This document shows, in pieces, positions 1 to 8,608 of a stretch of DNA of 20,970 nucleotides (position 1 is the first letter of the stretch; each line of letters opens with the position of its first letter). The stretch comes from Candidatus Diapherotrites archaeon CG10_big_fil_rev_8_21_14_0_10_31_34 (GTDB lineage: Archaea; Iainarchaeota; Iainarchaeia; Iainarchaeales; 1-14-0-10-31-34). The translations under genes were made by a program, and so were the position numbers. The stretch lies in contig PFAI01000002.1 of NCBI GenBank assembly GCA_002763225.1, positions 8,695-29,664 on the forward strand, written 5' to 3'. The notes beneath the pieces were generated by a model. The model saw only the letters and a program-made list of their open reading frames with translations, was not told the origin of the DNA and made no database searches.

Positions 1-681
1 TTTTTTTAGTTTTATTTTCTTGTTTTTAGCAAGAAAAGTTATTGCTTTTAGTTTAACTGCTTTTGAATTTTTTTTGTTTAATGCAGTAACCATTTTAATC
101 AAAGGAAAAACCTGAACAAAAAAATCTTTTCCTTTTTTGAATAAAAAATTTAAATCTTCTCCTAACCCTTCTTTTTCAGAGCAAAGATATAATATTGTTG
201 TTTTTCCTGAATCATTTTTCCCTGAAAACAATATTGCTTTGTTTTTGTCTATTATTGCAGATGAATGAATTATGTTTGCATTAAAATCGCTTAAATAAAT
301 TGAAAGGCATTTTGCTAGACTGAAAATAAACATCCCCCAAAAAAAGTTTTTGCTGGCCATTACCCTAAATTCTCCTTTTTTTTTGTTTAAGTCAAGTGTT
401 CCTGATAAAATCATTCCGTTTTTTCCTTTTTTCTGGCTGAAAACAAACACATTTTTTTTTATTTCTTTTATTTTTTCTTTTGACCTCCATCTGTCTTTCA
501 GCATAAATGCACTTAACTCAAAGTTTCCTTCCCTGAAATCATAATCTAATGTAAGGTCTGCTTTTTTTTTTGACTGGAATTCAGGAAAATACATGCTTAA
601 AGCTTTGCTTAGTTTTTTGTGATTTGATTTAATTAAAATGCTTTTTCCTGCAAACAAAAAGTTTGTTTTAAATTCTTTCAT
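1..681 (-). CDS. HPr kinase-related P-loop kinase (partial, 3' end beyond left edge)
   Basis: Not in the ORF track because there is no stop in the window. Manual translation from ATG at 681 is open to base 1 (227 codons): MKEFKTNFLFAGKSILIKSN...IIHSSAIIDKNKAILFSGKNDSGKTTILYLCSEKEGLGEDLNFL. It has the HxSA motif, Walker A GxxxxGKT and a downstream acidic pair (GED, cf. xDD) of HprK-like kinases. An SD-like GGATGA lies just upstream. Confidence 0.8.
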   Translation of the reverse strand, partial: MKEFKTNFLFAGKSILIKSNHKKLSKALSMYFPEFQSKKKADLTLDYDFREGNFELSAFMLKDRWRSKEKIKEIKKNVFVFSQKKGKNGMILSGTLDLNKKKGEFRVMASKNFFWGMFIFSLAKCLSIYLSDFNANIIHSSAIIDKNKAILFSGKNDSGKTTILYLCSEKEGLGEDLNFLFKKGKDFFVQVFPLIKMVTALNKKNSKAVKLKAITFLAKNKKIKLKK

Positions 682-706
682 TAAATCATCCTGCACATAA
701 GTTAAG

Positions 707-1777
707 TTATTCTTTTCTAAATACGCTGTTAATTGTTTTCCATATTCCTGAAACAAATAAAACAAAAAAAATGACTTTAATTTTTTGCATTAAATTTTCA
801 GTAAAATAAAGTCTAACCCTCATTTTTTGAAGGTCAAAAAAAAACGGGTTTTTTGCAGGCATTTTTGTCAGGCTGGCTGTTTTTTTCCTTAAATAATCCA
901 TTTTGTTTTTGTTTGTTTTAATCCCTTTAAGTTCTTTTATTTCTGTTCCAAAAAACTCTTTTGTTAATTCATTAAAGTAAATCATTGGTTCTGTTATGTT
1001 GTATTTAATTGTTTTTTCTTTTAATTTTTTTAAGTCAGGTTTTTGTTTGAGCATGTTTTGAACATCAATTAATGCTTCAAATATTCCGTAAAATGCATGC
1101 TGGTAAACTGCACTTAAAACAGAAATAATTATTGAATCTTCTTTTCCTGGAATCCTGATTGAATTAATTTTTACGGAATCTGCCCAGAGCTCTTCATAGT
1201 TTATTCTGAAACAGTTAACAGGAAAAAAAAGTTTTTTATGAGGTTCTATTACAACCCTGATTTTTTCGTTTTTTTCCATTAAAGGAAAATGCTGTTGGTT
1301 TGAATAAAACCGGCCAAACAGTTTTTCTTTGAAAGGGATTTTTTTCCATGCATTAAATGCATAGCCCTTAAATCCTTTTTTTTTACAGCTTTCAAACGCT
1401 TTTTTGTATTCTTTTTCTTTTATCAGAAAATCAATATCGCTTGACTGCCTTGAAAAGCTTTCAGGGTAAAGCCAGTGGTTTAATGCAATTCCTTTAAATG
1501 CAATATATTCAATTTCTTTTCTTTCAAATTCCCTAAATAATCCTTTTGCTTCTTTTTCAAGAATCATGTTTTCTATTGTTATTTGCCTGTTTTTTTCCTT
1601 GAATTTATCCAAAGTTTTTTTTGGAACAATGCTTTTGTCAAATTTATCATAAATAAACTGAGATATTTTGTGATAAAAACATAAGTCAGTGAATTTATTC
1701 CAGTCAATGTTTTTGTATGAATTTTGTTTTGCTTTCCCTTTAATTAATTCAATTAACAGTTTTTCTTCTGGGTTCAT
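707..1777 (-). CDS. Nucleotidyltransferase family protein (NTP_transf_5-like)
   Basis: 356 aa. IAFKGIALNHWLYPESFSRQSSDIDFLIK matches the KG..L...Y.....R...DID signature. It also has an N-terminal IDWNKF..L...HKI segment and a later IEPHKKL (ExH) motif typical of this family. Confidence 0.85.
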   Translation of the reverse strand: MNPEEKLLIELIKGKAKQNSYKNIDWNKFTDLCFYHKISQFIYDKFDKSIVPKKTLDKFKEKNRQITIENMILEKEAKGLFREFERKEIEYIAFKGIALNHWLYPESFSRQSSDIDFLIKEKEYKKAFESCKKKGFKGYAFNAWKKIPFKEKLFGRFYSNQQHFPLMEKNEKIRVVIEPHKKLFFPVNCFRINYEELWADSVKINSIRIPGKEDSIIISVLSAVYQHAFYGIFEALIDVQNMLKQKPDLKKLKEKTIKYNITEPMIYFNELTKEFFGTEIKELKGIKTNKNKMDYLRKKTASLTKMPAKNPFFFDLQKMRVRLYFTENLMQKIKVIFFVLFVSGIWKTINSVFRKE

Positions 1778-1854
1778 TGAAACACTAATTTATTATATTT
1801 TGTTTCTATTTTAAATTAAACAGTAATTAATTAAGTGGTTGTGTAAGTGGTTTA

Positions 1855-2994
1855 ATGAAAATTTTGTTTGTTTCCCCTCATTTTTTTCCTTTTATTGGAG
1901 GTGCATCAACCCTTATTCTAAGGATGTGCATTGAACTCAAAAAAAAAGGCCATGAAATAACTGTTTTTACTTCAACAAAAAATTCAAAAGATTTTAAGGG
2001 AATTAAAGTTTATTCTTTTCCTTCAATATTTACTTATTCTAACACTCCTTTTAATTTTTGGAAAAATAAGTTAAGCAAAGTAATTGAAAAAGAAAAACCT
2101 CAAATTGTTGTTGGTTCACTTTCAGTTCCTTTTATTGCTGATTCTGCTTCAAGAGCTGCAGAAAAGAAAGAAATTCCTTTTTTTCTTGTTTACCATAATG
2201 ATTTCCTTGCAAAAAACTTTTTTGAAAAACTATTCTTTAAATTTTATTCTTCTTTTTTTTTGAATAAAACTCTTGCTTTAACAACAAAAATTATTTCCAC
2301 TTCTGACTATTACTCAAAAAAATCATCAATACTAAATTCTTTGCAAAAAAAAGTTGAAGTTGTTTCTCCTTTTATTGATTTAAACGAATTTAATCTTTTA
2401 GAAAAATTCAATAAAAATTTTCCAGAAAAAAAAGTTGTTTTGTTTGTCGGAGCATTAAATAAAGGCCAAAATTATAAAGGGTTAAATTATTTAATCAAAG
2501 CAGTTTCTCTTTTAAAAGAAAAAATTCCTTTAATTAAATTAGTTGTAGTGGGGAAAGGCAATAACCTGAATTATTTCAAGAAACTTGCAGTAAAAGAAAA
2601 TATTCAGGGAAATGTTTTTTTTGCCGGAGAAGTTTCCCGACAAAAACTTTTATCTTTTTATTCTGAATGCAAAACACTTGTTCTTCCTTCTGTTAATAAC
2701 TCTGAAGGTTTTGGTTTGGTTTTATTGGAGGCAATGGCATTTTCTAAACCAGTTATCGGAAGCAATACAGGAGGCATTCCTGCAATAGTAAAACACGGTT
2801 TTAACGGCCTTTTAGTTGAACCAAAAAATGAAATAAATTTAATGGAATCAATTGAATTAATTTTAACTGATAAAAAGAAAGCAAAAGAACTTGGATTAAA
2901 TGCATTAAATACTGCTAAAAGTTTTTCTTCAGAGAAAGGCATTTCAAAATTAATTAAACTGTTTGAGGAATCATTAAATGAAAAAAAACAATAA
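1855..2994 (+). CDS. Glycosyltransferase family 4 (GT-B)
   Basis: MKILFVSPHFFPFIGGA N-terminus, VLFVGAL...KGLNYLIKA, and the EGFGLVLLEAMAFSKPVIGSNTGGIP (Ex7E) motif. Confidence 0.95.
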   Translation: MKILFVSPHFFPFIGGASTLILRMCIELKKKGHEITVFTSTKNSKDFKGIKVYSFPSIFTYSNTPFNFWKNKLSKVIEKEKPQIVVGSLSVPFIADSASRAAEKKEIPFFLVYHNDFLAKNFFEKLFFKFYSSFFLNKTLALTTKIISTSDYYSKKSSILNSLQKKVEVVSPFIDLNEFNLLEKFNKNFPEKKVVLFVGALNKGQNYKGLNYLIKAVSLLKEKIPLIKLVVVGKGNNLNYFKKLAVKENIQGNVFFAGEVSRQKLLSFYSECKTLVLPSVNNSEGFGLVLLEAMAFSKPVIGSNTGGIPAIVKHGFNGLLVEPKNEINLMESIELILTDKKKAKELGLNALNTAKSFSSEKGISKLIKLFEESLNEKKQ

Positions 2995-4582
2995 AATTCT
3001 GCTGTTAATGATCCTTTTTTGTTTATTCACAATTTTCGTCATTGAATTAACTTCTCCTACCTCTCTTTACCGTGATCCTTATATGTTCAAGCATTTTGCT
3101 GCAGCTGAATTCATTAAAGAAAATAATACTATTGAAGTCATAAAAACCCCTGAACAATTCCCTTTATTTCCCTGGATTCTGCTTAATCGTAATTCACTAA
3201 TATTTTTCCCTATGCCTGTTCTTATTCCAATTACTTTAAGTTATTTGTCTGGATTGGATTTGTATTTTTTGTTTAATCACTTTTTTTTCCTTGCATTAAT
3301 TGTAGTTCTTTCTTTTTTTGTTTTTTTCAGGGAACTCTTTAAAGAAAATTATCTTTCTTTGTTTCTTGCATTACTTGTGTTGTTTTTTCCTTTTGAACCA
3401 TTTTATTATAAAATTTCGTTGCATGGCTGGTTTATTGTAAGAATTTGTTCTGCAATGTCTTTGTATTTTCTTGTAAAACTCATTAAAAACAATTTTTCCA
3501 TTAAATCAAAAAACATGTTTTTTCTTTTGTTTTTTTCTTTTGTTGGAATTTATTCAGATAAAAGTTTTTTTGCTTTATTGATGCTTCCTTTAATTTTGTT
3601 TTTAGGGGTTTATTTTTTTCTTAAAAGAAAACAGCTTAGCCAAAAAAAAGTTTTTTTGAATTGGTTTATTTCATTTTTTTTCATTGTTTTTTGTGTTTCT
3701 GCTTTAGTTATTTTTGGACAGCTTTCCTGGATTTTAAATGGTTTAATTTATAATTTATCAAATTTTAATTTTATTCCTTCTTTTTTGTTGCCTAATCTTC
3801 CTTTTTCAGAGTATTATCTTGAAAAAAGTTTTGACTATATTTTATTTCGTTATATTATTCCTTTTGCAACTGTTTTATTTTTCTTGTTTTTTAATTTCAG
3901 CAAACTAAAAGCTTTTATTGAAGAAAACAAAATAATCAAATCTTTTGTTTTTTCTCAAATAATTTATTATTTTTTATTGGGCGTTGGAATGCTTTTTTCG
4001 TTTTATTTCATTTCAAGCAGAGGTGCATCACTGATTTTCTTTTTTGTTTCAATTCTTTCAATTATTTCTTTAACAAGAATAAAATCAAAGAAACTCAAAT
4101 ACTTTTTTTCAGCAGTCTTTTTTGTTTTTGTTTTATTGGTTCCTTTGTTTTTCTATATTAATGCCCCTCAATACAATTATGAGCAATTTAATGAAAAACA
4201 TTTAGCTTTGATTGAATGGATGGGGTTAAATTTAAATGAAAATTCAAAAATTTACGGCGATATCAAAATGACTAAAGCGATTTCCCTTAAAACTGGTTTA
4301 AAAGGGCATTCTCAATTTCATGAATTTGGAGTTTTTATGGAAATGGAGATAATTCCTGTTTATTTTTCTTCTGACTTAAATTCTGCAATTGAATTTTTTA
4401 ATTTTTATGGAATAACTCATTTGGTTTTAACAAAAGAAATGAGTGAATTAATGGTTCAGCCTGCAAATGAATTATTAATGCCTGCAACTCATTTGGATAA
4501 ATTTGATGAATCAGATTATTTTAATAAAATTTTTGAAAACAATCAAGTAAGAATTTACAAAATAAAAATAGAAGAAAATTGA
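2978..4582 (+). CDS. Multi-pass membrane protein, probable GT-C-fold glycosyltransferase (paralogue 1)
   Basis: First TM is followed by RDPYMFKH, then roughly 11-13 hydrophobic helices, then a soluble C-terminal domain (LIEWMGLNLNENSKIYGD...YGITHLVLT...FNKIFENNQVRIYKI) resembling archaeal GT-C C-termini. Overlaps the GT4 gene by 17 nt. No WWDYG motif. Confidence 0.6.
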   Translation: MKKNNKILLLMILFCLFTIFVIELTSPTSLYRDPYMFKHFAAAEFIKENNTIEVIKTPEQFPLFPWILLNRNSLIFFPMPVLIPITLSYLSGLDLYFLFNHFFFLALIVVLSFFVFFRELFKENYLSLFLALLVLFFPFEPFYYKISLHGWFIVRICSAMSLYFLVKLIKNNFSIKSKNMFFLLFFSFVGIYSDKSFFALLMLPLILFLGVYFFLKRKQLSQKKVFLNWFISFFFIVFCVSALVIFGQLSWILNGLIYNLSNFNFIPSFLLPNLPFSEYYLEKSFDYILFRYIIPFATVLFFLFFNFSKLKAFIEENKIIKSFVFSQIIYYFLLGVGMLFSFYFISSRGASLIFFFVSILSIISLTRIKSKKLKYFFSAVFFVFVLLVPLFFYINAPQYNYEQFNEKHLALIEWMGLNLNENSKIYGDIKMTKAISLKTGLKGHSQFHEFGVFMEMEIIPVYFSSDLNSAIEFFNFYGITHLVLTKEMSELMVQPANELLMPATHLDKFDESDYFNKIFENNQVRIYKIKIEEN

Positions 4583-4607
4583 TTGGTTTGTTTTAGGGGA
4601 TAATTAA

Positions 4608-6257
4608 ATGAAAAAAGAAAATAAGATTTTGTTTTTGTTGGTTCTTTTTTCTTTGTTTGTTATTTTGGTTATTGAATTAACTTCTCCTACTTCTCTTTAC
4701 CGTGATCCATATATGTTCAGGCATCTGGATGCGGCTGAATTCATTTTAGAAAAAGAAAAAGTAACTGTTGCAGGAGAAGATTTAACTCAAGAAAATTTTG
4801 TCGGGTGGATTACCGGCGACAAAAGCCTTTATTTTTTTGCAATCTCAAAAATTTATTTGTTTTCAGACAGCATTATTTCTTTTGGTTTTCCTGTTGTTTC
4901 CGGAGCAGTTCTGTCAATTTTATCTGGTTTAGATATTTATTTTTTGTTTAATCACTTTTATTTTCTTATTTTTATTTCTGCTTTGTCTTTTTTCATTTTA
5001 TTCAGGGAAATATTCAAAAGCAATAAACTTGCTTTAGGCTTGTCTTTAATTGTAATTTTGTTTCCTTTTGAAACCCTTTATTATAAAATTTCAGTTCATG
5101 GCTGGCATTTTGTCAGAGTTTTTTCTTCTGTAACCCTTTTTTTCTTAATTAAATTAATTAAATCAGGTTTTTCATTTAAATCAAAGCATTTCTTTTTATC
5201 AGTTGTTTTTGCGTTTTTAGGCGTTTACTCTGATAAATCAGGGTTTGCTTTGGTTTTGATTCCAGTATTTTTGTTTTTTTTGGTTTTCTTTTTCTTTGAA
5301 AAAAAAAGTGTTTTAACCAAAAAAAAGCATTTGAATTTTATTTTTCTGCTGTTATTCTTTTTGCTGTTTTTTTCTGTTTTAACTCTTTTTCCTGCTCTTT
5401 TTTTCTTTTTTGAAGCGATGTTTTACAATTTCCTTAATTTAAATTTTATTCCTTCTTTTTTTCAGCCAAACCTTCCTTTTTCAGAGTTTTATCTGCAAAA
5501 AGACTTTTTTTACATTTTCTTAAAATATTTTATTCCTGTTTTAACTGTTCTTTCTTTTTTAGTCCTTAATTTTTCTTTAATCAAAAAATTTATTTTAAAA
5601 GACAAAATAATGAAATCATATGTTTTTTCCCAGATTCTTTTTTATTTTTTTGTTGTGGTTCCCCTGCTTTTTTCTTTTGCTTTTATCTCAAGCAGTGGCG
5701 CAACAATGATTTTCTTTTTTTTGTGCCTGCTTTCTTTTGTCGGTTTAACTCAAATGCAGAACAAAAAACTAAAATATTTTTTAATTTCTTTTTTCTTTGT
5801 TTTTGTTTTGATTGTTCCTTTAGTTTATTACACTCAGACTCCTCAGTTTAAATACGAGCAATTTAATGAAAAACATTTGAGTTCAGTTCAATGGATTGGA
5901 CAAAATTTAGATGAAACTTCAATTATTTACAGCGATGTTAAAATGGCTAAAGCAATTGCCTTGAAAACAAGATTAACTGCTGTTAATCATTCGCTGGAGT
6001 TTGGTTTTGCTATGGAAAATGAAATAATCCCGATTTATTTTTCTGATGAAAACGAAAAAGTTTTTGCTTTTTTCAAAGACTATAATTTAACTCATTTGGT
6101 TTTAACAAAAGAAATGAGTGAATTAATGGTTGAGCCTGCAAATGAACTGCTTAAACCGGCAACTAATCTGAATAAATTTGATTCACTGGATTCTTTTGAC
6201 AAAATTTTTGAAAACAACCAAGTAAGAGTATATTCAATAAACTTTCAGGAAAAATAA
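4608..6257 (+). CDS. Multi-pass membrane protein, probable GT-C-fold glycosyltransferase (paralogue 2)
   Basis: Colinear paralogue of 2978-4582, sharing IELTSPTSLYRDPYMF.H, YYKIS.HGW, GxYSDKS, YEQFNEKHL, THLVLTKEMSELMV.PANELL and KIFENNQVR.Y. Confidence 0.6.
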   Translation: MKKENKILFLLVLFSLFVILVIELTSPTSLYRDPYMFRHLDAAEFILEKEKVTVAGEDLTQENFVGWITGDKSLYFFAISKIYLFSDSIISFGFPVVSGAVLSILSGLDIYFLFNHFYFLIFISALSFFILFREIFKSNKLALGLSLIVILFPFETLYYKISVHGWHFVRVFSSVTLFFLIKLIKSGFSFKSKHFFLSVVFAFLGVYSDKSGFALVLIPVFLFFLVFFFFEKKSVLTKKKHLNFIFLLLFFLLFFSVLTLFPALFFFFEAMFYNFLNLNFIPSFFQPNLPFSEFYLQKDFFYIFLKYFIPVLTVLSFLVLNFSLIKKFILKDKIMKSYVFSQILFYFFVVVPLLFSFAFISSSGATMIFFFLCLLSFVGLTQMQNKKLKYFLISFFFVFVLIVPLVYYTQTPQFKYEQFNEKHLSSVQWIGQNLDETSIIYSDVKMAKAIALKTRLTAVNHSLEFGFAMENEIIPIYFSDENEKVFAFFKDYNLTHLVLTKEMSELMVEPANELLKPATNLNKFDSLDSFDKIFENNQVRVYSINFQEK

Positions 6258-6279
6258 ATTTTCCTTCAAAAACAAAAAT

Positions 6280-6301
6280 AAATCATTCAGAAAAATGATT
6301 T
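6280..6301. terminator. Short hairpin between convergent genes, possible terminator
   Basis: AAATCATT-cagaaa-AATGATTT is a perfect 8-bp inverted repeat. The stem is AT-rich, so support is weak. Confidence 0.3.
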
Positions 6302-6336
6302 TTGATTTAAAAACCTAAAAACAAATTAATTAAAAT

Positions 6337-6450
6337 TCAGCATATTTTTTTTGATAAAAGATTTTTTTTGCATAAAGCAAATTCACTGTCTTTTTTCTTG
6401 CAGCCGTTTTCAAGTTTACTGCATAATTCTTTGATTTTTTCTTTACTCAT
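6337..6450 (-). CDS. Small Cys/Lys-rich peptide (37 aa)
   Basis: MSKEKIKELCSKLENGCKKKDSEFALCKKNLLSKKIC. The ATG at 6450 is preceded by GGGGT and by a BRE/TATA-like element ~28 nt upstream, so this start is preferred over the ORF-track start at 6534. Confidence 0.5.
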   Translation of the reverse strand: MSKEKIKELCSKLENGCKKKDSEFALCKKNLLSKKIC

Positions 6451-6477
6451 TTGACCCCATGAAGTAATGTGTTTTGC

Positions 6478-6494
6478 TTTTAAAAGTCTTTCGG
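6478..6494 (-). promoter_or_regulatory. Archaeal BRE + TATA promoter for the small peptide gene
   Basis: The minus strand reads cCGAAAGacTTTTAAAA, a purine-rich BRE followed by a TATA box at canonical spacing from ATG 6450. Confidence 0.5.
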
Positions 6495-6575
6495 TCAAAA
6501 AAAGTTTAGTTTGGTTTCCATAAAAAAAACACAAAAAAATTTCATAAAAACAACGTTAAAGTTATGTAAAAACAT

Positions 6576-6599
6576 CTTTTAGAAAAAGTTTAATCAAAA
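6576..6599 (+). repeat. Dispersed palindromic intergenic repeat, copy A
   Basis: CTTTTAGAAAAAGTTTAATCAAAA is 23/24 identical to 14518-14541 and lies just past the 3' end of aCPSF1. Confidence 0.65.
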
Positions 6600-6642
6600 C
6601 CTAAAAATCAGGTAAAACAAGTGTTATGGCTAACTGCTTTTA

Positions 6643-8529
6643 TTACTTTAATCTGACTGAATCCAAGTCTCTTATTGCAGTTGAATTAATTCTGAACTTG
6701 TTTGAAAGAAACCTTGCAAATTCTATTGCAGTGTCTTTTTCTCCGTGGTTTACAATAATTTTTTTTGGCTTTGGATTTAAGTTTCTTACATAATTAACTA
6801 ACTGGTTTCTGTCACTGTGTCCACTAAAACCTTCAACTGTTTCAACTCTCATATTAATTGGAAGCTCTCTTGTTTTTCCATTTTCTGTTATTGGAGTTCT
6901 CTTTAACCCTTTTTGAATTCTGTTTCCTAATGATCCTTCTCCTTGGTATCCGACAAAAATCAAAGTATTGTCTGGGTTTTCTGCCATTTTCTGAAAGTAT
7001 CCAACTGAAGGGCCGCCTGTAAGCATTCCTGAAGACGCAATAATTATTGCTCCTTTTTCTTCTATTATTTTATCTCTGTTTTTATAGTCTGCAACCTGAA
7101 ATAACTCTGAAGTAAAAGGAGAATCATTTTGCAATACTCTTCTCTGAACTCCTTTTCTCAAATACTCTGGATAAGCTGTGTGAATTGCACTTGCTTCTTT
7201 TGTCATTCCATCAACAAAAACTTTTCCATCAAGCATTCCTTTTCTGTAATATTCTTCTATTACTAACATTATTTCTTGTGCTCTTCCAACAGAAAAAACC
7301 GGAATCAAAGTGTTTCCATTTTTATGCATTGTTTCTTTTAATAAACCAATTAATTGTTCTTCTGCCAGATTTCTGTCCTGCTGAATATCATCTCTTCCCC
7401 CATAAGTTGATTCAATAATTAATGTTTCTAATCTAGGATAATTAATGTCAACATTGTTAAATAATCTGGTAAAACCAAATTTAATGTCTCCACTATACAC
7501 TAAATTGTGTGCGCCTTCTCCTATATGAAAGTGAACTGAGCCGCTTCCAAGAATATGTGAAGCATTATGCAATGTAATTCTCATATCAGGAGCAATATCT
7601 GTTACTTCCCTGTATTCTCTTGTAATACAGTATTTCAACATTTCTTTTACGTCTCTTTCAGTATAAGGAGGTTCTTTTCCTTCTTTAACTAATACATCAA
7701 TGTAATCAAACTGCAATAAAGCCATTAAATCTCTTGTCGGCTTAGTGCAATAAACTGGTCCACGATAACCCATTTTAAATAATAATGGAACTAATCCGGA
7801 ATGATCTAAGTGAGCATGCCCTATTACTACTGCATCCATTTGATCTAAAGGAAATCTTATTGCTTCAAGATAAGGATAAGGCTGTTCTGAATTAGCTACA
7901 TCTACTCCTACATCAACTAAAACTTTTGTTTCAGGAGTCTCAAGCATTATACAACTTTTTCCTACTTCCCTAAAACCTCCTAAAGCAGTCATTCTAACCC
8001 AGCCATTGTTTTTTGGGAGTTCTCTATAAATTTTTTTTGCGGTTTCCTGCAAAATCTTTTTTCTTTCTGAACTGTATTTATGCAAATGATGCCTTATTCC
8101 TCTAAGTATTTCTGATTCAGAGGTAGGGCTTCTTAAAATATTCGGGGTCCAGCCTGTCTTTAAAATAATTTCTTTTGAGGTTTCTCCTCCTTTTCCTATT
8201 ACTAACCCAGGTTTTATTGCTTCAATTACTACTTCACTAAAAGCAGGATTAAAATAAATTTCTTTTATTTCTGCTCCTTCTGGAACCAATTCTTGTATTA
8301 CTTTTTTTGCATGCTGTTCATCTGACAACAAACTTTTATCTGTTCTGATGTTTACTCTTTTCTTTAATTCAAATGCAATTTTTGCAACAAAATTTTCGTT
8401 TTCAAAAAATGCTTTAGGATTTCTTGTATAAATTGCTACTTCTGGTCCTTCCATTTCAATGTTTGTTACCTGTGTTTCTTTTGGAAGGTTTGACTGAATT
8501 ATTTCTTTAACTTCTTTTAATATGTCCAT
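6643..8529 (-). CDS. fttA: Beta-CASP ribonuclease aCPSF1 / transcription termination factor FttA
   Basis: 628 aa with N-terminal KH domains (KPGLVIGKGG), ALGGFREVGKS, HAHLDH, ASHILGS, YSGD, IIESTYG and GFSGHSD. Adjacent to psmB, a conserved archaeal arrangement. Confidence 0.97.
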   Translation of the reverse strand: MDILKEVKEIIQSNLPKETQVTNIEMEGPEVAIYTRNPKAFFENENFVAKIAFELKKRVNIRTDKSLLSDEQHAKKVIQELVPEGAEIKEIYFNPAFSEVVIEAIKPGLVIGKGGETSKEIILKTGWTPNILRSPTSESEILRGIRHHLHKYSSERKKILQETAKKIYRELPKNNGWVRMTALGGFREVGKSCIMLETPETKVLVDVGVDVANSEQPYPYLEAIRFPLDQMDAVVIGHAHLDHSGLVPLLFKMGYRGPVYCTKPTRDLMALLQFDYIDVLVKEGKEPPYTERDVKEMLKYCITREYREVTDIAPDMRITLHNASHILGSGSVHFHIGEGAHNLVYSGDIKFGFTRLFNNVDINYPRLETLIIESTYGGRDDIQQDRNLAEEQLIGLLKETMHKNGNTLIPVFSVGRAQEIMLVIEEYYRKGMLDGKVFVDGMTKEASAIHTAYPEYLRKGVQRRVLQNDSPFTSELFQVADYKNRDKIIEEKGAIIIASSGMLTGGPSVGYFQKMAENPDNTLIFVGYQGEGSLGNRIQKGLKRTPITENGKTRELPINMRVETVEGFSGHSDRNQLVNYVRNLNPKPKKIIVNHGEKDTAIEFARFLSNKFRINSTAIRDLDSVRLK

Positions 8530-8608
8530 TAACTCACTCTCATTTAAAATTAATTATGTTTTTTAATATAAAACTAAGGAAGAAATTCAAATGTATTTTG
8601 TTAAACTT

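Noticed and set aside
350..544. 64-aa + strand ORF
   Set aside because: Antisense shadow of the kinase gene; its Phe-richness simply mirrors Lys codons on the other strand.
562..571. T10 tract (and many other homopolymers) as phase-variation sites
   Set aside because: Such runs are ubiquitous in this AT-rich, Lys/Phe-rich DNA, and none breaks a reading frame here.
2978..6257. Calling the membrane paralogues AglB/STT3 oligosaccharyltransferases
   Set aside because: They lack the WWDYG motif and are shorter than typical AglB.
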